This document shows positions 9,877 through 18,608 of a stretch of 64,000 nt of DNA, in pieces. Each line of letters begins with the position of its first letter. The first letter of the stretch is position 1. The notes beneath the pieces were generated by a model, which did not search any database, was not told the DNA's origin, and saw only the letters and a list, made by a program, of their open reading frames with translations. The translations under genes and the position numbers were made by a program. The stretch covers positions 2,880,001-2,944,000 of the forward strand of contig CAVTBU010000005.1 of the NCBI GenBank assembly GCA_963733035.1, written 5' to 3'. The DNA is from Pirellulales bacterium (GTDB taxonomy: Bacteria; Planctomycetota; Planctomycetia; Pirellulales; PALSA-1355).

Positions 9877-10740
9877 ATGTTCACTTGGGGCGAAATGCTG
9901 GCCGGCGTGGTCTTGTCGGCCGCGGCGACCGGCGGCGTGCTGTTTGTTGGCTGGCGACTGGCGCGGCACCGCCATTCGGCTCGCGACAGTCGCTCCTGGG
10001 CCGGACCGCCGGCCGTGGCAGCGGGCTTTGTCGCCGGCTACCTGGTCCTGTTTGGCTGGCCTGGTTTTCCGCCGCTCGATGCGGTCGATTGGCTGCTGAT
10101 GCTGGCGGTTCCGCTGGCGGCGCTGGGCTTGGCCGATTCGTACTTTCGGGTGCCGCCGCCGGGACGCGTGCTGCTGATCGCGCTGGCCGTGCCCGCCAGC
10201 TTTCTGCTCTTGGCTCGGCCACTGCTATCGCTGGCGGGGCAAGACGAACTGTCGTTGCAGCTGTTCGTTGCCACGGGAGTGACCGTGGCGGTGCTGGTTG
10301 CAACCGACATGCTGGCGGCTCGAAGTTCGGCCGGCAGGTTCAGCGCGATTCTGCTTGCCGTTGCTATACCGTCGGCCGTGGTGTTGGGTTGCTCGGGCAG
10401 TGCCCGGCTGGGAATGATCGGCGTGTTGCTGGCTGCCACGCAAGCCGGAGCGCTCGGCATGAATATCGTGCTTGGCCGCGCCGGTTTGGGGCGCGGCATT
10501 GTCGTCGTGTTCGGGACGCTGTTGGCCGGATTGCTACTTTGTGGAAGCCTGTACGCGGAGTTATCGACGAGCAACGCGATGTTGCTGGCGGCCGCGCCAA
10601 ACATGGCTTGGCTGGGCAGGCATGGCCCGCGACGCTTCGGTTGGCTCACCCACGTGGCCATCCAGGTCGGGCTTGTGTTGGCGGTTGCCGGCCTGGCGGC
10701 GGTCCGGGCATGGAACGCGCTTCCGGATGACGCGTGGTGA
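9877..10740 (+). CDS. Hypothetical polytopic membrane protein
   Basis: About 10 hydrophobic segments; directly follows the YceI gene. Confidence 0.7.
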   Translation: MFTWGEMLAGVVLSAAATGGVLFVGWRLARHRHSARDSRSWAGPPAVAAGFVAGYLVLFGWPGFPPLDAVDWLLMLAVPLAALGLADSYFRVPPPGRVLLIALAVPASFLLLARPLLSLAGQDELSLQLFVATGVTVAVLVATDMLAARSSAGRFSAILLAVAIPSAVVLGCSGSARLGMIGVLLAATQAGALGMNIVLGRAGLGRGIVVVFGTLLAGLLLCGSLYAELSTSNAMLLAAAPNMAWLGRHGPRRFGWLTHVAIQVGLVLAVAGLAAVRAWNALPDDAW

Positions 10741-10756
10741 TGTCAGCCGCCCGGGC

Positions 10757-11758
10757 TCAGTCGGCTGGCGGAACGAGCACGGCAGCGCCGCTCAGCCGAC
10801 CCTCGCGAAGATCGGCCAATGCTTCGTTCGCTTTTTCCAGGGGATAGGGAGTCGCTTGCGGCCGCACGCCCGCCTGGGCGGCGAGGGGCAGGAATTCATC
10901 GCCGTCGCGACGGGTGAGGTTGGCGACCGATCGCACGATGCGCTCGCCCCAGAGAAGTTTGTACGGGAACTGAGGGATGTCGCTCATGTGGATGCCGGCA
11001 CAGACAACCGATCCGCCCTTGGCCGTGGCCGCCAAAGCCGCGGGGACGAGCGACCCGACCGGAGCATAAATAATGGCCGCATCGAGCAATTCCGGGGGCA
11101 ACGCCGTGGAGTCGCCGCTCCAGTCGACGCCCAATTGTCGGGCGAAAGCCTGGGCCTGCTGATCGCCCGGCCGCGTAAACGCAAAGACGTTCCGACCTTG
11201 GAACTGGGCAACCTGCGCAATCAAATGGGCGGCGGCTCCGAACCCATAGATGCCCAGCCGCTTTGCGTCGCCGGTCATGGCCAGCGAGCGGTAGCCAATC
11301 AGACCCGCGCAGAGCAGGGGCGCCGCTTCGATGTCGCCGTAGTGCGCGGGAATGGGGAAACAGAATTGCTCGTTGGCGACTGTGAATTGGGCGTAGCCGC
11401 CATCTCGCGTGTAGCCTGTGAACTCTGGCCGGTCGCAGAGGTTTTCTTGACCGGCCCGGCAGTAGCGACATTTGCCACAAGTATTGCCGAGCCAAGGAAC
11501 TCCCACGCGATCGCCCGGCGCGAAGCGACGCGTACCCGGCCCAACGTCCGCAACCTCGCCGACAATTTCATGACCGAGGATCAGCGGGAGCTTCGGATCT
11601 GGCAGTTCGCCGTCCACCACGTGCAGGTCGGTCCGGCAGACACCACAGGCCAACACTCTCAAGAGCACCTCGCCCACGCCGCAGGTTGGCTTGGGCAACT
11701 GGCGAGCCTGAAGTGGCGAATGCGGCTGGTCGAGCACCATTGCCAGCATGGTTGTCAT
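10757..11758 (-). CDS. Zinc-dependent alcohol dehydrogenase family protein
   Basis: CGVCRTDLH, GHEIVG, CGKCRYCRAGQENLC, APLLCAGLIGYR, GIYGFGAAAH. Confidence 0.93.
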   Translation of the reverse strand: MTTMLAMVLDQPHSPLQARQLPKPTCGVGEVLLRVLACGVCRTDLHVVDGELPDPKLPLILGHEIVGEVADVGPGTRRFAPGDRVGVPWLGNTCGKCRYCRAGQENLCDRPEFTGYTRDGGYAQFTVANEQFCFPIPAHYGDIEAAPLLCAGLIGYRSLAMTGDAKRLGIYGFGAAAHLIAQVAQFQGRNVFAFTRPGDQQAQAFARQLGVDWSGDSTALPPELLDAAIIYAPVGSLVPAALAATAKGGSVVCAGIHMSDIPQFPYKLLWGERIVRSVANLTRRDGDEFLPLAAQAGVRPQATPYPLEKANEALADLREGRLSGAAVLVPPAD

Positions 11759-11869
11759 TGTGTCACACCAAGCGGTTCGTTGATTGTCATTCGCACAGCT
11801 GGCGCGGAGATCGCACATCGATTATGCACTTACATCGCAAAACTTCGAAATTGGCTCCATTTTCGCACT

Positions 11870-11885
11870 CGGCATGAAATTCGCT
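11870..11885 (+). promoter_or_regulatory. Putative sigma-54 promoter of the BON-domain gene
   Basis: CGGCATGAAATTCGCT (GG-N10-GC). Confidence 0.55.
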
Positions 11886-11938
11886 AGATGGTGGGCGTCA
11901 TGTCGACAAGCCGCCCTCGCACCCGACAGGATTCGAAA

Positions 11939-12247
11939 ATGATTGCACCCCGCTATGCGTGCCAGCGCCAGTTTGTATCCGATCGCGACCGCGAATTGTA
12001 TGCCGCAGCCACCGAGGTGCTCGCCATGAGCAAGTACACGGCGCTACGGCAACTGACATGTCGGGTGCAGGGGGGCATGGTAGAAATTTCGGGTACCGTT
12101 GCAACTTTTTACTTGAAGCAGTTGGCCCAGGCGGCCATGTTGCGACTTCGGCCGGAGGGCAGAGTACGGAATCTGGTGGAAGTGACGGGTGAGCCATGGG
12201 CTGTCGTGGCGACCAGTTGCGCGCCAGCCCCGGCCTCGGCGGGATAA
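11939..12247 (+). CDS. Small BON-domain protein (planctomycete type); alternative starts at 11888 and 11900
   Basis: ALRQLTCRVQGGMVEISGTVATFYLKQLAQ...VRNLVEV; AGGA precedes ATG 11939. Confidence 0.8.
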   Translation: MIAPRYACQRQFVSDRDRELYAAATEVLAMSKYTALRQLTCRVQGGMVEISGTVATFYLKQLAQAAMLRLRPEGRVRNLVEVTGEPWAVVATSCAPAPASAG

Positions 12248-12299
12248 GGCAGAGAAAATACAATTTAGAACGTCTACGGCCGCCGGGTCTAACGATCTG

Positions 12300-12330
12300 C
12301 CGCCGTTTTCGTTTTCCAGACGGCGGGTTT
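12300..12330. terminator. Possible intrinsic terminator hairpin between the convergent BON and USP genes
   Basis: CCGCCGT (12300-12306) / ACGGCGG (12320-12326) stem followed by GTTT. Confidence 0.35.
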
Positions 12331-12355
12331 GAGTGTGTCGATGCGGCGACAAGCC

Positions 12356-13271
12356 CTAACCGACTTGCGGCACAACCAGCACGGAACACGGGGCATGATT
12401 GAGGACCGCTTCGGTCGTGCCGCCGAGCAGCGTGGTGGTCAGCCAGTTTTTGTGATGGACGCCCACGACGACCACGTCGATGTTCTCCTTGGCGACGGTT
12501 TCGAGGACAGCCTTGGCCGGTTCCCCTTCGGTCACCACCGGACTGCAGTGTTCGCATACGCCGGGCAGCTTTTTTGAAAACTCGCTCATTTGGTCTCGCA
12601 CGGCTTGCAGTTCCTGGTCGTGTTCCCGAGCCCAGGCCTGCACCAACTCCTCGACATCAGGGCTGCGGGCCTGTTGCTGAAGCCAGTCGGGCACCTTGCC
12701 GGCAAACATCGAGGGAACCACCGTCAGCGTATGGCAGGTGGAGCTTTCGGGCCACGAAAAGGCGCTAAGAACTTCAGCCTGGCGACATCCCTTCTCCGGG
12801 TTTTCGCACGCCACGAGTACATTTGCGCCGGGATGCCCCAGGTTCTTCTTGCCGGCCCTGGCGACCCAAACCGGAACTTTTGCAGCGTGCACCACAGCCC
12901 GCGAAACGCTTCCCAGGAGCATGCGTTCGAGCGTACCCAGTCCGCGGGCGCCGACGACGATCAACTCCGCGCCCCACTCGTCGGCCGCCGTGACGATGCC
13001 GTGCCGCGCGTCGTGGGACCCGGTGATTGTTTGCACGCCCGACCGCAGCGATTCGGGCAGCTGCTTGCGAGCCTCTTCGAACACGGCGTCGACCAATCCC
13101 TGCCGCGCTCGAGTGATCACCTCGCTACTGGCCGTAGTGACCAATGACGAAGTGTCGGGCGGTGCGCAGGTAGAAAGCTAGCTCATCGTGCTCGGCATTT
13201 AAGAGTTGCCCCACTTGGGCAACCGCATCAAAGCAGCCGGACGATCCGTCGACGGCAAACAGCACTTTCAT
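12356..13271 (-). CDS. Tandem-domain universal stress protein; 1-nt indel near 13168
   Basis: N-terminus MKVLFAVDGS in one frame; IVVGARGLGTLERMLLGSVSRAVV and a second domain GEPA...VVVG...LLGGTTEAVLNHAPCSVLVV in the other. Confidence 0.9.
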
Positions 13272-13320
13272 TGCACTCAATCTCCCAAACGAACGGGCTG
13301 CACGACCGCCAGCGCCGCGG

Positions 13321-13725
13321 CTACTTCAGGTCCAAGCTGGCCATGCGGACGTCGCGCACGTATTTGTGGCACTCGACGCAACGCAATGTAACGAGATTGA
13401 AGGCCTTCGTCGCCGCGTCGAGGTTCTTTTTCTTAGCCGCGTCTGCGAGCGCGTCAGAAGCAGTGCGGAACTTCTTGCTGTACTCGATGTATTGCGGCGT
13501 CTGCAAAACCTGCCAGGTTTCGGCCAGGCTGAGCAGGCTCATATCCTGGGCATTTTTGGCGATCTTGTCGAAGTCGCCGGACACCAGGCCTTCGATGACG
13601 TTTTGCGAGTGATGGAGTTTCACTTCCATGAAGTCGCTTAGGTCTCCCTTTTGTTTCGCATCGCTGGTGGAAATGGCGACCATGCATGCAACCGCCAAGA
13701 TGCTTCCCGTGGCTACTCGTTTCAT
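13321..13725 (-). CDS. Secreted monoheme cytochrome c, cytochrome c'-like (C-terminal CxxCH)
   Basis: Signal peptide, helical body, RCVECHKYVRD near the C-terminus. Confidence 0.75.
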   Translation of the reverse strand: MKRVATGSILAVACMVAISTSDAKQKGDLSDFMEVKLHHSQNVIEGLVSGDFDKIAKNAQDMSLLSLAETWQVLQTPQYIEYSKKFRTASDALADAAKKKNLDAATKAFNLVTLRCVECHKYVRDVRMASLDLK

Positions 13726-13791
13726 CGATCCGCTCCCATGGATTTGATCGCGGTGTTGAGACCGCGTCTGAACTGCGATTGAAAACTCGGT

Positions 13792-14229
13792 TTACTCGGG
13801 GGCATGCGTGGCATGCTTGACCGTCAACACGGGGCACTTCGCATAGCGCATCACCGACTCCGCCACACTCCCCATCAGCACGCGCATCAAGCCCGTGCGA
13901 CCATGCGTGCCGATGACGATCAGGTCGGCCTTCTCATCTTCGGCAACACGAACGATATCCTCGGCGGCGGCGCCCATCACCAGCCGATGTTCGAACTTGA
14001 CATTCTTATCGGGGGGCACGACGGCGTCGAGCATTTTTCGCACTTCGGGATTGGGATACTCGGGCTGCGCGAAATACATCTCCCCGCCGGCATAAGGCAT
14101 CGGCATTTCCTCGACGTGGGCAATCACCAAAACCGCGCCAGAATCGCGGGCCAGGGCCGTGGCGTACTCCAGAGCGCTTTCGCTGGCCGGAGAGAAGTCC
14201 GTCGCGAAAAGGATTTTTTGGTAGTGCAT
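13792..14229 (-). CDS. Universal stress protein (single domain)
   Basis: KILFATDFS, DLIVIGTHGRTGLMRVLMGSVAESVMRYAKCPVLTV. Confidence 0.95.
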   Translation of the reverse strand: MHYQKILFATDFSPASESALEYATALARDSGAVLVIAHVEEMPMPYAGGEMYFAQPEYPNPEVRKMLDAVVPPDKNVKFEHRLVMGAAAEDIVRVAEDEKADLIVIGTHGRTGLMRVLMGSVAESVMRYAKCPVLTVKHATHAPE

Positions 14230-14327
14230 CGCTTCGTACCTTTATGACTGAATTGGTTATCTACCCGACAGGTCGAAGAACTCTCAGACGGTTATGGCTT
14301 GCGCGGATCGACTACCCCTCGAAGTGA

Positions 14328-14343
14328 AGCAAACTCAGTGCCA
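14328..14343 (-). promoter_or_regulatory. Sigma-54 promoter of the usp-cytochrome-usp operon
   Basis: Minus strand reads TGGCACTGAGTTTGCT, a perfect TGGCAC-N5-TTGCW match, about 100 bp upstream of the ATG. Confidence 0.8.
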
Positions 14344-14544
14344 TGGCCAAGCGGCCAACGCAACATTCGCGTCGCCGCGCTGGGTCCGCGACCTCGGCAG
14401 TCGTCAGCGCCTGAGGCACATTTACCGGGCGGCAGTCCAAATCTATCGCGCAATCGGCGTTTTTCGTGCGTAAATCCCTCACTACGAAGAGAATTCGGAT
14501 TCACCGTTGGCGGTGTTTGATCATCCATAGTGAAGTATACTCGA

Positions 14545-14582
14545 TATGTGCGTATTCGCACATACGGGCACATTTCCGCACG
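14545..14582. promoter_or_regulatory. Putative enhancer (UAS) for a sigma-54 activator
   Basis: Palindrome TATGTGCG-TATT-CGCACATA (14545-14564) plus a second CGCAC half-site 20 bp downstream, between two divergent sigma-54 motifs. Confidence 0.55.
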
Positions 14583-14672
14583 GGCGGGGGGCGCCCGGGG
14601 TTCGATTGCCTTCGGGGAAACTCGCCGGGAAATCACGGCACTTTCCTGCGTTCGGGTCCTCGGGGTCGTTCT

Positions 14673-14688
14673 CGGCACGGAGGTTGCG
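14673..14688 (+). promoter_or_regulatory. Putative sigma-54 promoter of the response regulator (autoregulation)
   Basis: CGGCACGGAGGTTGCG, near consensus, 40 bp upstream of ATG 14729. Confidence 0.65.
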
Positions 14689-14728
14689 AAGCAGTGTGTT
14701 CACCCACTTTCAGCGCGCGAGTTTCGCC

Positions 14729-16127
14729 ATGAATTACGATCCCAAGAAGATTGATCTGATGCTCGTCGACGACGATGCTGACTTCCGCGAGACGGTTGCG
14801 CGGCGATTCATGCGGCGCGGCTTTCAGGTGCAAGAAGCGACGCACGGCGAGCAGGCATTGCAATTGGCCGATTTGCGCCAATTCGACGTCGTCGTGCTCG
14901 ATATGGTGATGCCCGGCATGTCGGGGATTCAGGTTCTTGAGCAGCTCAAGCTCAAGCACCCCGAGTGCGAGGTGATTTTGCTCACCGGCCAAGGCACGAT
15001 CGAAACGGCCGTCCAGGCGATGAAGCTGGGAGCATACGACTTTTTAACGAAGCCGTTTCCGTTGGCCGAACTGGAAGTCCTCATCGAAAAGGCCTACGAA
15101 CGCCGGCAACTCCGCAAGGAGAACGTGCAGCTCAAGGCCGTGCTCAAGCGCGAACAGGCGACGCCCGAGATTATTGGGAAGTCGGGGGCGATGCAGGAGG
15201 TCTTTCGGTTGATCGAGCGCGGGACCGACGGAAAAGTCGATCTTGATTCAGGGTGAAAGCGGCACTGGCAAGGAGCTGGTGGCCAAGGCTCTGCAGCGCG
15301 CCAGCAATCGGGCCGATAAACCGATGGTCACGATCAATTGCGCCGCGCTGCCTGAAACGCTGCTTGAAAGTGAGCTATTTGGGCATGAGAAGGGGGCGTT
15401 TACCGGCGCGATTGCCACCAAACCAGGTCTCTTTGAAGTGGCCGACGGCGGCACGCTGTTTATTGATGAAATCGGCGAATTGGCCGGCCCGCTGCAGGCG
15501 AAGTTATTGCGCGTGCTGGAAGACGGTTCGATGCGGCGCATCGGGTCGCTCAAAGAGCGGCGCGTCGACGTGCGATTGCTCGCGGCGACAAATCGTGACA
15601 TGGACCAGGAAGTGGCCGAAGGGCGGTTTCGCGAGGACTTGTACTACCGAATCAATGTGATGTCGCTGCAATTGCCTCCGCTGCGCGAACGACACGGCGA
15701 CATTCCCCTGATCGTGCGGCACATTTTGGGCGACGAATGGACCGTGACGTCCGACGCCCTGCGGGCACTTGAGTCTTATCATTGGCCCGGCAACGTGCGG
15801 CAATTGATGAACGCCATCGAGCGCGCGCAGATCATGGCGGACGGCAAGTGCATCGACATCGACGCGCTTCCGCGTGAAATTTCGGCCGGAAAATGCCCAA
15901 GCGCGCAGCGGACCGAAGCCCATCGTCCGGACGGAGAGTTCCTGGCCGACATCCAGCGGGCGCACATCATCGAGGTGCTCAAACGCGAACGCGGCAACAA
16001 AGCTCGGACCGCTCGGGCGCTGGGCGTTAATCGTCGTAGCCTATACCGGCTGCTCGAAAAATATCAGATCGAGCTGCCGTCCGAAAATGAGGGCGGGCAC
16101 GTGACGGCCATGGCGACGAAGTCCTAG
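14729..16127 (+). CDS. Sigma-54-dependent response regulator (NtrC/AtoC family: REC-AAA+-Fis HTH); 2-nt deletion near 15220
   Basis: REC: LVDDD, VLDMVMP, LTG, FLTKP; AAA+: [76 protein letters not shown]. Confidence 0.94.
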
Positions 16128-16384
16128 AGAACTTGCCTGGCCGGGCAACGAACTTGGCAGTTCGTAACGCCCGCCGTTCAAAGCGAGAGCCCCGGTTTAC
16201 GCGAAGGCACCGGCGGCTATTCCGAGTTGCGTGGCCGCACATGTGACGTGCGGCTGTGTCAGGCCGACGCGCCCGTGGACGACGCAGCGGGGCGTTTTTC
16301 GCGTGCCACGCCTTGCGCAACAGGTTGCCGCACAAGCAATTAGGCGACCATCGTGGGTCGGTAGTGAGCAGCACATCTGGAGAG

Positions 16385-16400
16385 TGGCACGGTGGATGCA
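16385..16400 (+). promoter_or_regulatory. Putative sigma-54 promoter of the small membrane protein gene
   Basis: TGGCACGGTGGATGCA (GG-N10-GC), about 50 bp upstream of the ATG. Confidence 0.7.
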
Positions 16401-16448
16401 ATGGGTTTGAATGGTCCGTCGTTATTCCATTGAAGGGAGCAATTAGTC

Positions 16449-16676
16449 ATGGCAACCGTTGGCCCAACCCGCAGCAGTCTCGTCGATAAACTCACGTGGT
16501 ATAAGAGCACGGCTCGTCACAGCGTCTGGGATCGGTTTACGAAGGACGAGCAGGAACGGATGCTTGCCGACGATATGGCGGCCGGAACACGGGTGTCGAT
16601 CGAGTTGACAGCCTTGATCGCCACGGGGATGGTGCTTTGCATCGTAACTGTCTTGGCGGTCGTGTTGCTGCGGTAG
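16449..16676 (+). CDS. Small hypothetical protein with a C-terminal transmembrane helix (75 aa)
   Basis: GAAGGGAG RBS, its own promoter motif, hydrophobic C-terminus; fits between convergent genes without overlap. Confidence 0.7.
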   Translation: MATVGPTRSSLVDKLTWYKSTARHSVWDRFTKDEQERMLADDMAAGTRVSIELTALIATGMVLCIVTVLAVVLLR

Positions 16677-16680
16677 ACAA

Positions 16681-17925
16681 CTAGCGTGTTCCGGCTCGTT
16701 TGAGCAGCACGAAGAACGAGCTGCCAGCGCCGACTTCCGATTCGACCCACACGCGACCCTGCTGCTGTTCGACCATGGTCTTGACGAAATAGAGACCCAG
16801 GCCCGAGCCGGGGATTTCGCGGTGGTTTGGAAGCCGGCGAAATGGGACGAAGACGCGGGCCAGTTCCTCGGAAGGAATGCCGGGCCCATTATCGGAAATG
16901 CTGAATACGCAATCGCCATCGCGAAGTTCGCAGTCAATTTCAATGCGGCCGTGGCGTTTGTCGCTGAACTTCACGGCATTCGACAGCAGGTTGTAGAACA
17001 CCTCGCGAATTCGGGTGCGATCGCCAAGTACCTTCGGCATGTCGTGGGCGACCGTCAATTCGATCTTCTTCTGTTTGACGAGTGGTCGCACTTGATCGAC
17101 AGCCTCGGCCATGACTTGGTTCATATCCACGATGTCCTGGGGAATGTCGGCATGAAGCGACATGGTCGAGTGCAGGAGTTCGTCGATGGTTGTGCTCATG
17201 CGAAAGGCCCGTTGACGTGCCGCTTCGATCAACTGAGAGGCTTCGCTGGGCATCTGGTCGCGGAATTCGTCGAGGGCTTCGTCGCACAGATTTGCCATGG
17301 TGGCTAGCGGTGTTTTCAGGTCGTGCGACGTTAGCTGGGCAAATTGCCGCAATTCGGCGTTGGCCTGATAAACCAGATCCAGCGCCTTGCGAAGACTTTG
17401 CGTGGCTTGGCTGAAATACGCTTCGAGCGTGAGCCCGATGTCGAGGAAAACCGCCTTCTGCAGCGATAGTAACTGATCGGCGCAGATCTTGGCCGGACCG
17501 TCTAAATGCGCCGAGAGCTCGCGCAAGCAGAATTGCAGATACTGGTTGTAGGCTCCCAAGAAGATTTGCGGGCTAATGCCGACTTGGGCATGTGCATCGC
17601 CGACACGGTAGCGGCGATCGATGTAATCGTCGTTCCATTCCGCCGCGAGCATCGACTCCAAATGCAACTGCTGTGCCAGTTTAAGTCGTTCGACGAGTTG
17701 CGGATCACGCAGGAATTGAGCCGTTTCCTCAAAGGCAAAGAGGTGCTTGTAGAACGATTCGACGAAATCGAGGCCGCGTGCGTTCAGCGCGGGGGCCAGC
17801 TCGCGGAGTCGCTCGCGGTCCGCTTCGGCGATATCGAGAAAGGCCAACTTGCGTGCCAGCGATTTGATTTGAGACGGGTGCGGCGACGCATCGTTGTTTA
17901 GCGACGTTTCGGACGGCGAGGTCAT
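16681..17925 (-). CDS. Globin-coupled (protoglobin-domain) sensor histidine kinase
   Basis: Globin: DFVESFYKHLFAF...VERLKLAQQLHLESML...DDYIDRRYRVGDAHAQVGISPQIFLGAY; HisKA SHDLKTPL; HATPase NLLSNAVKF, DNGPGI, GSGLGL; no TM segment. Confidence 0.9.
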   Translation of the reverse strand: MTSPSETSLNNDASPHPSQIKSLARKLAFLDIAEADRERLRELAPALNARGLDFVESFYKHLFAFEETAQFLRDPQLVERLKLAQQLHLESMLAAEWNDDYIDRRYRVGDAHAQVGISPQIFLGAYNQYLQFCLRELSAHLDGPAKICADQLLSLQKAVFLDIGLTLEAYFSQATQSLRKALDLVYQANAELRQFAQLTSHDLKTPLATMANLCDEALDEFRDQMPSEASQLIEAARQRAFRMSTTIDELLHSTMSLHADIPQDIVDMNQVMAEAVDQVRPLVKQKKIELTVAHDMPKVLGDRTRIREVFYNLLSNAVKFSDKRHGRIEIDCELRDGDCVFSISDNGPGIPSEELARVFVPFRRLPNHREIPGSGLGLYFVKTMVEQQQGRVWVESEVGAGSSFFVLLKRAGTR

Positions 17926-18608
17926 TTGCAGGATACCCGTCAGTGCGGCTGGTTCCTCTTCGCGAGGGCAGGTAACGCTCGATGCCACACAGTTTATCGC
18001 GCCCGGTTGGCGCTTGTCTGCCCCCGAGTGGCAACAGGCGATCGGGTTCTGCGTGCCACGGGAGACAAATATCGTCACCACCAGTTGCGATCGCCGCGGG
18101 CGAACGCGGAGTCCGTTGATGAAAGGTGTCCAATACGATCAAGCCGTTGCGGCTAGTGCAGGAAGCCCGTCACTGGGCAGGGTCGAAATGGAAAATGTCG
18201 ACGCCGGAAAACCGCGGCACGCGCGGCCAGGTTGACGCATGGCACGAGACTTTCCGCGTCGAAAGTCAAACGGTAGCACGTCGACGTCAACGTATCGCAC
18301 GCCGGTCGCTGGTATTCGAATGAGCCCGATTGATCGCTTGAATCGGCAAAGCGCCAGCGGGCACACGACGCTTAACCTCAATCTGGCATTGGTCTTACTG
18401 CATTTCGTGCATATGCAAGGCATGGATCCCGCGTGCCACTGCTGGTTTAGGCGCTTGATTGCCAGTGCGTTCTCAAGGGAATCTGAATGTCCCCCGATGT
18501 TTGGAGCTGCGCCACCGCATCGCTAGAATGACCGTTACCCGCCTGTTTCCCCGCCCTGGCTCGCCCGCCGCGTCCAACGCATCAAAACCCTCCGAGTAAT
18601 CCCTGCCT

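Noticed and set aside
10472..11887. Long antisense/shadow ORFs (also 48047..49510, 53532..54995, 57745..58887, 26924..27988)
   Set aside because: They mirror well-supported genes on the opposite strand, as expected in high-GC DNA
18126..18323. 65-aa ORF upstream of the kinase
   Set aside because: No recognisable motif, poorly spaced RBS, and several equally weak overlapping ORFs
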